A stretch of DNA of 64,000 bases. Source: a virus. Each line of letters opens with the position of its first letter. Within the stretch, counting starts at the first letter, position 1. Shown here in pieces: positions 36,101 to 45,976 of this stretch. The stretch is from IMG/VR virus record IMGVR_UViG_3300042564_002580, positions 32,001-96,000 of that record. One strand, 5' to 3'. The notes below the pieces were generated by a model. The model saw only the letters and a program-made list of their open reading frames with translations, was not told the DNA's origin and ran no database searches. The position numbers and the translations under genes are program-made.

Positions 36101-39100
36101 ACCCCACGGGAAGTAGTCTTTGGCCCTAGGATTCAAAGAATGCCTGAGCTGTATGCAGCAGTAGATGCAGCAAATAACGGATATAGTTTTGGCGGGCAGA
36201 TCATGAGAGGCACATATGGATATGGAAGAGAAAGCGTATTATCAATATGGGCAAGATTAGTTAACTCTAAGGATTATCCAAAAGTTATTAAAGCAGCAAC
36301 AATTGCCTCTGATGCTGCAATATTGTCAGCTCTTACTGGAATGGATATTAAAGACGCTACAAAACGCACAACTTCAGATTATGATTCAGCAACAAAGCAT
36401 GCTAAAAAAGCTGCTAATGCAAATGGAACAACAAAACTGGAAGAGTTTGTAAAAGCAAGAACAGCTCAGTTGATTAAATTAAGCAAAGAGCATCCAGATG
36501 CAAACTTGATTTTAGATGCCTATTCAAATAAAAATAAATATGATCAGTCTGCAAAAGCATCTGGACACAAAAAAATTGATACAACGAACTACACAAGAAC
36601 AATGCTGTCCGTAGTTGATGATCTAGTTGCTCAAGGAATTATAAGCCCAGGACAAGCCAAAAAGGTTCTTGGAATTTTAGGTGATGTTTCAGCTTCACCC
36701 GATCCTATTCATAAATCTCATTTTATGACTGCAAAAGAATCTGCTTCAATCTTTAAGCCAGGAGAGCTAGAAAAGCTACTTGTAGCAGATGGAATGTCAA
36801 AAGCCGAAGCAGCAAAGTATGCTGGTATTACTGGAGTTAGATCAAACAACTATGTTGGTCAATCTGCAGGATTAATGGGATCTTTTAATACCATGTTTGC
36901 TGGAATAGCATCAGGCAAGGGCGGCAACTTTAAAGATGAGATTTCTCCATTTCAAGATGAGGCGAAGCGGAATTTTATAGAAGGAATTAAGAAGATTAAA
37001 GCTAAGCTAGGTATAAAAGGCAAAACAACAATGCCTGAAATTATTAAACAGCTTACTACGCTGAAAATGAAATCTGGAGGTGGAATGTATGGCAGAATGA
37101 TTCCAACACTCGGTGGAAGGTTAGCTTCCATGAACAGTTCTTGGATGAGACCATTAACTGGTCCAGCTGTTGGATTTTTTAACGCAGGAGGTCCAGTTGG
37201 TCCTGCTGATCTTTCAACAATAGGTAACTACGAAGATTCTTCAGGAATATTTCAGCGCAACGTTGGGATGGACCCTAAGCTGGGATTTTTAATGGGGGGA
37301 ATGATTCCAGGTGGATCTATATCTAGAGGCAGATCAAATTATGGAAATATTGCTCCTGCCCTAAGATTGCTTGCACCAGATAAACAATTAAAGATTTTAG
37401 CAAAGGCAAGAGAATTAAGCTCAAGAGGATCGCTAGGTAAATTTGCTGATATGCCAGTAACTGAATATGGGCATCAAATTTCTGCAAGCACAGGAATGAG
37501 TTATCCCGTACCTGGTGTATCTGGACTGTATAAAGTCGGTAACAAAAAAGTTTTTGTTAAAGGTGTTCCTAATGAATTAACTGCAGTTCATGAGCCAATT
37601 GGCACTCAAATTGCAAGAGATCTTTTTGGAGTACATTCTCCAGTACAAACAGCTAGAACAGTTGCAAATCCATTAGATCCAACAAAAAAAACCAAGCTAC
37701 TTGCTCTAGAATCAGATTACGACCCACGCTTTGCAAACACTAATGTGCCATGGGATGAAGATACAGTCCTTAGACAGCTTGCTAATTCTCTTCTTTTAAA
37801 CAACAAAGATTTATCTAGAGCAAACGTGTATGGTAATTTTAATCCAGATGTTGGACAAGCTGGAGTATTACCTAAAGCATCTGGTAATACACGTCTTGCA
37901 TCAGCTGATGAAATGAACTCTATGGAAAAGCAAGCAATGATTAATCTGCTTGCCGTTAAAGGTGGAGCAAGAAAAGATTTTGCACGTGACACTGCCCCAA
38001 TAATTTCTCAAATGAGCCCAAAAAAATACGGCAAAAAAATGAAAAAGATATTAGAAGATGCCCGTCCAAAATTAGTAAAAATAATAAATGGTTTACCTGT
38101 AGATCTTAGACCACCTTATGAAGCAATGCTCAAAAGATTGGATGATGGTATCGAGGTTGATTGGAGTAAATATCATGCCGTACATGCTAATCCAAAATAT
38201 CTTAATGCTGGAGGACCAGTCGGTGGAGGTCCAGTTAAGAGAAATAGATCTGCTTACGGAAGGCCAGGCAACCCAGCAAAAAGAGCAGCTTGGGAAGCAG
38301 AACAACGTGCACAAAGAGAAAGGGATGCAGCGGCAGCAAGATCTAGAGCAGCATCTCATCAGATAAGTGGACAGCAGGCTTTAACAAGCGGCTTAGGTAG
38401 AGAAGCAGTAAGAACAGGTACAACAAGTTTCTACAACCCTGGTCAGGTAATTGTTAACAACGCCCTTGACCCATTTAGAAACTCTGCAATGATGAAGGCT
38501 AGATACCTTGAAGCTGGATTTAATAACCTTGCAAATTCTGCAACAAAGGGTGCAGTTACATTAAGATATGGATTGATGACATCTGGAACTCATGTAAAGC
38601 AAGCTTATCAAGAGTATACAAAAAAACTTGTTAATTCAGGAAGAGCATCACTTGCTACAATGAAAATGAATGCAGCAATAGCGCAAGCCGCTGGAAGCGT
38701 TTTTGCATCTGGAGTACGTGCAGAAAATGCTGGAAGACTTGGACAAGCTTATCCTGGACAATATAGTATTAATCCCGCAACTGGACTTCCAATAAACACT
38801 GCAACTGGAAAGCAAGTTGGAATGATGAGTGGACCAGCAATTATTGGAAACTGGAAGCAAGCTGGAGATGGTGTCAACAGCAGAAAAGTTGGAACTTTAG
38901 GTTTTAGAAAAACAGAGTACATGGTTGGCGATAAAGTAATGACCGCAGCGCAGATGAAGGCTGCTGGAATGGCTGTTCCTCAAAAGCCAATGGGTATGGG
39001 CGGCGGAGCGATGGGCGCATCTATGGCTGGATCAATGGCTGGTATGGCAATGATGAGCCAAGAAAAAGTTTTGGGTATGAGTGGACAAGCTGCTGGTATG

Positions 39101-41770
39101 GGAGTTATGGGAGCCGCATCAATATTGCCTTTCATAGCTGGACCAGCTATAACTAAAGCTAGGGCTGGTCTTTCAGGATTAGGATCTGGCGTCAAGGCAA
39201 TTACTGCAGGCACAATGAGTTTAACTAAAGCTATGCATAATGTTTTAATGGTTGCAAAAGGATTTGGCCCAGTAGGGTTAGCAATAAGCGCAGTTTTTGC
39301 AGGCTTTAAGATTTACAAGAAAGTTCAGGATGATTGGCAAGACGCAAGAATGGGTCTTTCCATGACAGCTAAAGCTGCAGAGCAAGCTGGAGTAAAGTAT
39401 TTTAACTTGCAAGAAACAATGCAGGGGTACATAGATAAACAAAAGTTAGCAACAGCAGCCGCAAAGGGTTCAGCAAATAGTTCAATTGGAATGCCTGGTC
39501 TTCCTCAGTCTATAGAAGAAATGAAAAAGGCAAAAGAAGAAGGTAAGGGATTAAAGGATCTAATTGAATCTATTAATAGATCAACTAGTACGCAAGAAAC
39601 ACAAAGACTGGTATCTAATCAAAAAGCTCAATACATTGCAGCTGGAATGAGTATTGAAGAAGCAAATAAAAAGATATATGGTGCTTTAGCTAATAGCGAT
39701 AAAGCATCTCAAGCTTATACCATGCTTGCAAATACAGAATTTGGAGCAATAATAGACAAGTCTTCAGCAGCAGAATTTTCTGTTGGAAACCTTGTAAATA
39801 CTTTAAGTAAGGGCCCAGGAACTGCCGATTGGTATAAGGAAGTCGGGAATGGTTTTGAAGGCCTTATAAACGTTTTCTCTAATGCTACTAAATCTCTAAT
39901 TGGCACTAAAGACGAGCTTGGAAACGTTATAGACGAGTATAAAGCATATGAAATGGTTATGTCAAAAGCAGAAGCAAATAATCCTGGAATGAATAAGGAG
40001 ATTGGTTCAGACGTATATAGTAATCTTGAAAAGACCCAACCCCTTCTAGCATCAATAACAAATCAAACAGACAGCATAAAGGGAATTTTAGCAAAATGGA
40101 AGTTATTTACTTCTGGAATTAATATAGATTTAAGTAAGATTGATTCTACCTTAGCAATAAAATTAGCTGGGTTTACATCAGCAATTGGAACAGGTATTGC
40201 TGAATTAACTAAAGCTGCTGATAACGCGACAACATATGGGAAAACTGGAGCAGCCTTAGCTAAGCTACAAAAAACAATCGCTGCAACTTCAGCTGCTTCA
40301 CAAAGAGCAAATGCAGCTTCTCAAAGAAGCGCACAGGAAGAATTAAAAGCAATTGCTAAAAAGATTAAGCTTATAGAAGAAGAAAAGAATAAAAAGCTAG
40401 AAGCGTTAAGAGCAACTCAAGATGCATCAAACTATGCTTTAGAGCTACAAAAGCTACAAATAGAGTATGCCGATGCGGTTTCTCGTGGAGATATGGCAGG
40501 AGCTGCATCAGCAAGAATAAGCATTGATCAGCTTACATCTAATAGACAAAGCGAGCTTGCGGCTAAAGCCATTGAAGATGCTGCAAATAAAGCCAAAGCG
40601 CCTTTAGAAAAAGATGCTGAGCGCATACAGGATAGGTCTGATAAAAAAACAATTGCTTTTCAGAATGCCACGGATAATGCCGCATTAGCTGGCGAAATAA
40701 TGACAACCATTACTGGATTCCAAACAAAGTATAATGATTTAACAACTAGAGCCATTAACGCAAAGCTTCTTCCTGATAAAGAAAGAGCAGCAGAAGAGTT
40801 AAAAATTACTGAAGAGCTAGTAGCTCTTATTAAGGAAATTCAAAAGGCTGGTTCTGGAAGTACTACATCTGCAAAAACAGTAAGAGAGGCATTCGGCACG
40901 TATTTTGATAAAGACGGAAAGCCAATGTCTCCTGGAACCACAACTTCTGGATCTCCAGTTGGATTTGATAAAAATGGTAAGCCTATATTGTCTAGCACAA
41001 CAACAGTCAATAAAGGTGTTACAGATGCATTCCAAAGAGATTTAGCTGCTGTAGAAAAGCTAGCAACAGCAATAACTGGAAATGTAACAATTAAGCAACT
41101 TCGTGATGACGTTGTAAAAGCACTAGGAGGCTACAAGGCACCCGCACCAAAGGGTACTGTTGAATTTGGAAAGGATACAGTTCAGCAAGGTAGAGGAAAA
41201 AATGCAATAGAGGCTGCTAAAAACGCAAGATCTTCTGGATCCTCAAAGATGGTTAGCATTAATGATGTTGTATGGTATAGATTTAGCTGGAATGGGAAAG
41301 AGTACATAAGTAATGATTCTGGAACAGAAGTTTATTCATGGGATGACCAGAAAAAAACTAAGGGTGCTAGAGTTAAGTATGCCAACGGAGGATTAGCTAA
41401 AAACTTTGCTCCAGGTGGAGGAGTTTATGGTCCAGGAACTGGAACATCAGATTCTATACCAGCAATGTTATCAAATGGTGAATATGTTATTAGGGCTCAA
41501 TCGGTTCAAGCAATAGGGGTTCCTATGCTAGACAAGATAAACAAATTAGCAGGCGGAGGAATGGTAAGTTATGATGTTCCTAGGATGTCAAGCGGTGGCC
41601 GAATAAGATTTAACGAAGGAGGCCTTGCTTCATCTGGAAGCACATTGTATAATATCAATGTAGAGCTTAATGGAACTAATCTTACAGCGGATCAAGTTGC
41701 TGCATCAATTCATAAAGAAATGAGAATTAGAGAAATGGCTGCTGGAGTAAATAGAAGGGTTGGTGGATAA
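33197..41770 (+). CDS. Tape measure protein, 2857 aa, with internal non-helical inserts including a kinase-like domain
   Basis: TP901-type core (NWGKNTQWAGRQL, NFLNAVENQT, GANALKS); hydrophobic segments; C-terminal GPGTGTSDSIPAMLSNGEYV. Confidence 0.93.
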   Translation: MADEQIVTSIVAKADLSSLVSEVHRASSSLQQLQRELLASNKAISASTKLANNLFRDTLTSSGQFSSHFVNLNSDVDKFGKNLDAGRLKLKNYFQTFREHATTQKGMIRELAKEQVMLQNSVLQPLGRNAQGLMQYNVMIPRGLDAVKNSAQLARMELQIMNRALSEGAGSLINWGKNTQWAGRQLTVGLTVPLTMFGSAAGKAFREADQELVRLTKVYGGLAATSAADLKAIREEVVQTAKTLSQTMGASFKDTIALGADIAATGKMGNDLLGSIEETTRLSILGEVDRQDAMKATLSIQTAFKQNTEQLTESINFLNAVENQTSTTLNDLVEAIPKAGPVIQQLGGSIEDLALYMTAMREGGINASEGANALKSGLASLINPTKQTVGMMSDFGIDVMGMVAKNTGNTTGLLIDLQGALDKLDPLSKARALEQMFGKFQFARMSALLNNLGKEGSQTLQVMDLMKASTSDLAGIAERELGMITESASGKYRKAIETLKATLAEVGEEFLGVATKIINAASKILDFFTNLPSPIKKALTFMAGFTALVGPLIMLTGVLANFFGYITKGIVQLRSFFMRANGWKMLTPEIIAAQKAAEMVENAFYSDAAAAQVLHNALQKLVLDYQNLQAASMKNAVPVNPGVTTVAGNTIVAAGRRVVDPNDPYVGDPNTRAMSHIRPRDPNAPATLFGGVPGAIPVNRGISRTPQIYMNDRLPNIEGLTSVKGISTGIVAPEAAKFHALMATLGMQTEQEVAMLKKTIAMGGTVSRELLDTFDDILPITQRFANSAAEQSALIVQQMRNAEITVDQAKARILALNAQIEADMGAAVSMYAAGKGRSIDLTKAPMMNQPVVDANGQFTLRDLYKKESNRTVMEEFGRVRGVRTFGAPYSIQTTRLPKFNEGGGVEDFGPGKTMVSGPSSINYDDRLGSVPIGGYVLNQSASMDPANAPLVEMAAATYEDGGKITAALTPREVVFGPRIQRMPELYAAVDAANNGYSFGGQIMRGTYGYGRESVLSIWARLVNSKDYPKVIKAATIASDAAILSALTGMDIKDATKRTTSDYDSATKHAKKAANANGTTKLEEFVKARTAQLIKLSKEHPDANLILDAYSNKNKYDQSAKASGHKKIDTTNYTRTMLSVVDDLVAQGIISPGQAKKVLGILGDVSASPDPIHKSHFMTAKESASIFKPGELEKLLVADGMSKAEAAKYAGITGVRSNNYVGQSAGLMGSFNTMFAGIASGKGGNFKDEISPFQDEAKRNFIEGIKKIKAKLGIKGKTTMPEIIKQLTTLKMKSGGGMYGRMIPTLGGRLASMNSSWMRPLTGPAVGFFNAGGPVGPADLSTIGNYEDSSGIFQRNVGMDPKLGFLMGGMIPGGSISRGRSNYGNIAPALRLLAPDKQLKILAKARELSSRGSLGKFADMPVTEYGHQISASTGMSYPVPGVSGLYKVGNKKVFVKGVPNELTAVHEPIGTQIARDLFGVHSPVQTARTVANPLDPTKKTKLLALESDYDPRFANTNVPWDEDTVLRQLANSLLLNNKDLSRANVYGNFNPDVGQAGVLPKASGNTRLASADEMNSMEKQAMINLLAVKGGARKDFARDTAPIISQMSPKKYGKKMKKILEDARPKLVKIINGLPVDLRPPYEAMLKRLDDGIEVDWSKYHAVHANPKYLNAGGPVGGGPVKRNRSAYGRPGNPAKRAAWEAEQRAQRERDAAAARSRAASHQISGQQALTSGLGREAVRTGTTSFYNPGQVIVNNALDPFRNSAMMKARYLEAGFNNLANSATKGAVTLRYGLMTSGTHVKQAYQEYTKKLVNSGRASLATMKMNAAIAQAAGSVFASGVRAENAGRLGQAYPGQYSINPATGLPINTATGKQVGMMSGPAIIGNWKQAGDGVNSRKVGTLGFRKTEYMVGDKVMTAAQMKAAGMAVPQKPMGMGGGAMGASMAGSMAGMAMMSQEKVLGMSGQAAGMGVMGAASILPFIAGPAITKARAGLSGLGSGVKAITAGTMSLTKAMHNVLMVAKGFGPVGLAISAVFAGFKIYKKVQDDWQDARMGLSMTAKAAEQAGVKYFNLQETMQGYIDKQKLATAAAKGSANSSIGMPGLPQSIEEMKKAKEEGKGLKDLIESINRSTSTQETQRLVSNQKAQYIAAGMSIEEANKKIYGALANSDKASQAYTMLANTEFGAIIDKSSAAEFSVGNLVNTLSKGPGTADWYKEVGNGFEGLINVFSNATKSLIGTKDELGNVIDEYKAYEMVMSKAEANNPGMNKEIGSDVYSNLEKTQPLLASITNQTDSIKGILAKWKLFTSGINIDLSKIDSTLAIKLAGFTSAIGTGIAELTKAADNATTYGKTGAALAKLQKTIAATSAASQRANAASQRSAQEELKAIAKKIKLIEEEKNKKLEALRATQDASNYALELQKLQIEYADAVSRGDMAGAASARISIDQLTSNRQSELAAKAIEDAANKAKAPLEKDAERIQDRSDKKTIAFQNATDNAALAGEIMTTITGFQTKYNDLTTRAINAKLLPDKERAAEELKITEELVALIKEIQKAGSGSTTSAKTVREAFGTYFDKDGKPMSPGTTTSGSPVGFDKNGKPILSSTTTVNKGVTDAFQRDLAAVEKLATAITGNVTIKQLRDDVVKALGGYKAPAPKGTVEFGKDTVQQGRGKNAIEAAKNARSSGSSKMVSINDVVWYRFSWNGKEYISNDSGTEVYSWDDQKKTKGARVKYANGGLAKNFAPGGGVYGPGTGTSDSIPAMLSNGEYVIRAQSVQAIGVPMLDKINKLAGGGMVSYDVPRMSSGGRIRFNEGGLASSGSTLYNINVELNGTNLTADQVAASIHKEMRIREMAAGVNRRVGG

Positions 41771-42360
41771 TGAGTTTTCAAAATTTAAGTAAAGCATCAA
41801 TTCTGTACATTGAAGCGCTTGACCCATTTGCAATTGATACAGCAAACAATAGTTTTTCTTACAAGGGTGCAACCTTGACTGCTCCAGGAAACACTTATTC
41901 AGCATCAGTTGCTACTAGAAATAACTTAGCATACAGCTCTGCAAACCAATTAAGATTTAGAAGAGTTTCAGAGCATAATAGACAGCCACTTTCAATTAAT
42001 ATTGATCGAATAGAGCAGTCTTCTCGAATGGCTAATGGAACAACTAGAAAGTATTTTGTTGCAGACAAGCTAAACATATCTGTTTCTTGGGAAATGCTAC
42101 CATCATTTAGAAATGAAACCGTAGATGGTGCTTGGGGCGCAGAGGATATAAAAAACTTTTATGAAAGCACAGCTGGTCGTGGAGCGTTTAGAATTAAATT
42201 AAATCCAACAGTCTTTTCACCAGATCTAATAACTGATTCAGCGGGAGCCCTGTCTGACGACTATACATATACCGTAATGTTTACATCATGCGACTTCACT
42301 CTTATTAAAAGAGGATTGCAGCCTTTTTGGAGTGTTAATATAACGCTGGAGCAAGTATGA
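41770..42360 (+). CDS. Distal tail (Dit-like) protein
   Basis: Follows TMP; RMANGT.R, SVSWEMLP, W.VNITLEQV. Confidence 0.65.
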   Translation: MSFQNLSKASILYIEALDPFAIDTANNSFSYKGATLTAPGNTYSASVATRNNLAYSSANQLRFRRVSEHNRQPLSINIDRIEQSSRMANGTTRKYFVADKLNISVSWEMLPSFRNETVDGAWGAEDIKNFYESTAGRGAFRIKLNPTVFSPDLITDSAGALSDDYTYTVMFTSCDFTLIKRGLQPFWSVNITLEQV

Positions 42361-45300
42361 TATCAGTATCAAATACCACTAAAGATTTACTTAAAAAGGG
42401 ATATTCTATTTCAACTTCTGCGGGGGCGGTGATAGAATATAACCTTAACTCCATGGTTGAGTATATAAAAGCAACAACAAATCCAGAAAATATAGTAAAC
42501 CCATATTCTAATGCTTTTAAAAAGTTGTTTCCAATAGATACAATATATAAGCCTTTTAGACCATTAGCCCCAGGAATTAAATACCTAGTTAATACAACAG
42601 GTAATACTGATACCCCTTTAAATTCTTTTGAAAGACCAAGAGATATAGACTTGGGAACAAAGCCTAGACTATATTACCCTGGCCCAGATATGACATACAA
42701 GTATTGGCTTGCTCCTAAGAATACAAACATAGACATATCTTTGGAGTATTTTTCAGATGAAGCAAAGACTGTAGCAAAGATAGTACCAGCAAATAAAATA
42801 ATTGCAAGATTTGAAACAAACCACGATACCCCAACATCATGGATAATAAGCGGTGTGAAGCAAGATGGAACAACAATATCTGCATCAGGCACATCTCTTA
42901 ATTCAAGTGGGGAGGCAGTAATACATTACAATGGAACTACATGGTCTACAACAGAACCTACTACATATACATCAACACAGTATTTAAAGAAAATATCTTT
43001 AACTGCAGTTAATTCAAATACTGGCAAATTAATAGGTGTTATTGAATTAAGCCCAAGATGGGTTTTGCCAATTGATTCTGATTTAGTATCCTTTTCTGTT
43101 AATAAAGAAACAACTGCAGATGATGGATCAATTGTTCCAGTTGGAATAATTACAGCAAATTACCTCAGCGTATCTTTAATGAAGCCACATTCAACTTCTA
43201 GATCAATAGTAGAATATAATGTAAAAAACAATATTGATAATACAAAAATATATTTGTTTAAAAATTCTATTGTAAAGCCATATGTAAATATTGGGAATGG
43301 ATCTAGTACTGAAAAAGTTCCTCAAGGTTTATTCTATGTTAACTCTTGGTCATTGAGTGAGTTTGGAGAGTCTGTAGTTGAGTGTACAGATGCTGCAAAA
43401 ATATTACAAGACACTTTATGTCCACAATTATTGGTTCAAGATTCACCAGTAACTGCAATAATAAAAAGAGTGCTTGACTCAGTTGGATTTTCTAATTACA
43501 GAATCAATGTTAAAAAAACAGATGGCAAGGTGGACGATAACTCTATTCCATCCTTATCTTATTGGTGGTCTGATGGAGATAAGACTGTGTGGGATGTTCT
43601 GCAGGAGCTGTGTAGAGATATTCAAATGAACGCATTTGTAGACGAGTATAATGTTTTAAATTTTTATAGTAGAAACTTAATATATGATAAAACAGCTCCA
43701 ACCACATGGACATTTACTAGCGAAGACATAAGCAACAACGGAGTATTATCTTACGCACCAAACATTGCAAGCCTTTCATCTAGAGAGATATTTTCTGCAA
43801 ACCAGGTTAGAGTTAGATACTCTACTGCATTTGTGTCCACTAACGATCAATCTTCCTCACCACTTTGGAAATCTAGCGAGTCGTTTTTAGGAGCAGGATC
43901 CCTTGCAACAGACATATCAGACAGCACTACAGTTTTTCAGCTAAATCCAAACACCATAAACTCAGCAAGGCCAGATAAAGTTCTAGATGCATTTAGCGGA
44001 TACGTAATGATTAACGGTGAAATTATTGAGTACGATGGATTGTGGTACCAGTATGTTCCTTCTTCGGGCGGAGGACCTACAAGAGTTTTGATTAAAACCC
44101 AGTCAGACATATGGAAATATTCAGCGTTGTCAAAACCAGGATATAAAAACTTTTACCCAACTGGAGAATATAATATTAAAACCAGAGGTGCACTCTCAAC
44201 ATCTAAATCTGATCATAAAAAATCCCTAGACTCATATATAAATAAAGCTGGAGAAAACGATGCCAATAAGTTTAATAAGTATAATATTACTTTAGCAACT
44301 CCAGATATAGCAAAGCTAAAGCCTGGCGTAGGAAACCTTACAACTCCAGCAAGCACCACGGGAGAAACAGTTGCTAAAAGCTTTTTATCAATTTCAAGTT
44401 TAGATAAAGATAAAAAAACTTTTGATATTGCAGTTAAACAGTTTAATTCAATAGACATTTCAAAACCATATTTGTCATTTGGTACAAGAATGTTTTTTGA
44501 TAGTCAACTTAATACTCCAGAGCAGGTAGGCGGTATTGGATTTTGTCTAGATTCAACTGGTAAAAACGGATACTATGTTCTTGTGCGTACTACAGCATTC
44601 TCTGGTCTTCAAAAAGATATTATGATAGTTAGAGTTAATAACGATAAGCTTACAGTTTTAAAAGACAGCCAGCAGACGTCTACTAAAACATTAGCTGGAA
44701 TTTATGCTGGAAGCTCTTACAACATAGACGTGCTTGTTAAAAAAGAATCTTTAAAAAATACAATTACTGTTTTCATTAACGGGTTTAAGATAACAGCAAC
44801 AGATTCTGGTAGTGATTCGGTTAATTTAACTATACCTCCTATGTCTCTTACAAAAAATGTAGGATTGCACTGCGGACAAGGAGTTGCGTATTTTGAGTAC
44901 TTGTATGCTAAATCAATAGATGAGGCGGCGTACAAAACATTAAGCCTAAACAAGTCATTTGAGTATAATGGTGTATATTCTGATGACACAATATCAATGC
45001 TTTATGGAGATTTAATTTATAATGATGGAGAAACATCTCCAGACCAGAGTGGATCTCTTTTTGAATTTGGAACAACTGCAAGAGAAATTAGAAAAGTAAA
45101 AGTCTCTTATGACGACAGGCCAGCAGTCCCTATTCAATTTAGGACATCAATGAATAAGTATGCCACTGTGCTAGACCAAAGACTACAGCCATTTACTGCA
45201 GAAACTTATATATTGAATAATACATCTACTACGGTAGTTCTAGATGATAGCAATTATACTAGCTTTTATGTGTTAGGAAATTCTATCAGAAGATCAGGTG

Positions 45301-45611
45301 TAATTGATTACGATACAGATCAGTCTACTGATTCAGAAAATAAAGAGTCTGTTATATTTGATTCATCTTGGATACAGTCAGAAGAAGATGCAAAATCACT
45401 TGCAGAATGGATAAAGTCTAATTCTTTGAGTAAGGGCAGATTTGTAGAAATGACAATATTTGGAAATCCGATTATATCGGCAGGAGATATAGTGTCAATA
45501 AATTATCCGATTTTAGGCATGACAGAGAGTAGCGAAAAATACATAGTTACAAGGTGCTCTTTAAATTATCAGGAAGGGATAAGTACCTCAATTTCGTGTA
45601 GAGCTATCTAA
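42357..45611 (+). CDS. Tail tip/baseplate hub protein
   Basis: TVWDVLQEL..FVDEYNVLNF hub pattern; GNPIISAGDIV C-terminus. Confidence 0.7.
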   Translation: MISVSNTTKDLLKKGYSISTSAGAVIEYNLNSMVEYIKATTNPENIVNPYSNAFKKLFPIDTIYKPFRPLAPGIKYLVNTTGNTDTPLNSFERPRDIDLGTKPRLYYPGPDMTYKYWLAPKNTNIDISLEYFSDEAKTVAKIVPANKIIARFETNHDTPTSWIISGVKQDGTTISASGTSLNSSGEAVIHYNGTTWSTTEPTTYTSTQYLKKISLTAVNSNTGKLIGVIELSPRWVLPIDSDLVSFSVNKETTADDGSIVPVGIITANYLSVSLMKPHSTSRSIVEYNVKNNIDNTKIYLFKNSIVKPYVNIGNGSSTEKVPQGLFYVNSWSLSEFGESVVECTDAAKILQDTLCPQLLVQDSPVTAIIKRVLDSVGFSNYRINVKKTDGKVDDNSIPSLSYWWSDGDKTVWDVLQELCRDIQMNAFVDEYNVLNFYSRNLIYDKTAPTTWTFTSEDISNNGVLSYAPNIASLSSREIFSANQVRVRYSTAFVSTNDQSSSPLWKSSESFLGAGSLATDISDSTTVFQLNPNTINSARPDKVLDAFSGYVMINGEIIEYDGLWYQYVPSSGGGPTRVLIKTQSDIWKYSALSKPGYKNFYPTGEYNIKTRGALSTSKSDHKKSLDSYINKAGENDANKFNKYNITLATPDIAKLKPGVGNLTTPASTTGETVAKSFLSISSLDKDKKTFDIAVKQFNSIDISKPYLSFGTRMFFDSQLNTPEQVGGIGFCLDSTGKNGYYVLVRTTAFSGLQKDIMIVRVNNDKLTVLKDSQQTSTKTLAGIYAGSSYNIDVLVKKESLKNTITVFINGFKITATDSGSDSVNLTIPPMSLTKNVGLHCGQGVAYFEYLYAKSIDEAAYKTLSLNKSFEYNGVYSDDTISMLYGDLIYNDGETSPDQSGSLFEFGTTAREIRKVKVSYDDRPAVPIQFRTSMNKYATVLDQRLQPFTAETYILNNTSTTVVLDDSNYTSFYVLGNSIRRSGVIDYDTDQSTDSENKESVIFDSSWIQSEEDAKSLAEWIKSNSLSKGRFVEMTIFGNPIISAGDIVSINYPILGMTESSEKYIVTRCSLNYQEGISTSISCRAI

Positions 45612-45634
45612 TAACGTAATGGTATAATAAATAA

Positions 45635-45976
45635 ATGGGAATTGAATCAGGAAAAATTGCGGTCATATTTGATGATGACCCGCGTTTAGCCGCAGTATGG
45701 AAAGGTAAGTCTGGAGAGACTAAATCCGCTACACAATCGTTTCCATTTACAGCAACTACTTCTGGTGGTAATAACGACGACGGAGATGATGATCCAAAGA
45801 GCGGGAAAAGGCCTCAGCTTTCAGATATAGTTTTAAAAGGATTTGAACTGTATGAGGATGCATCTGGAATGCAAAGAGCAAGAGCAAAGTTTAGAATTTA
45901 TAATTCAAGCGAAGAGCAGATAGATGGATTCCTGTATGCAATAACAATTTCAGATACCCAAGGAGGAAGATCATGA
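45635..45976 (+). CDS. Hypothetical tail-region protein
   Basis: Leaderless TGgTATAAT-6-ATG. Confidence 0.7.
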   Translation: MGIESGKIAVIFDDDPRLAAVWKGKSGETKSATQSFPFTATTSGGNNDDGDDDPKSGKRPQLSDIVLKGFELYEDASGMQRARAKFRIYNSSEEQIDGFLYAITISDTQGGRS

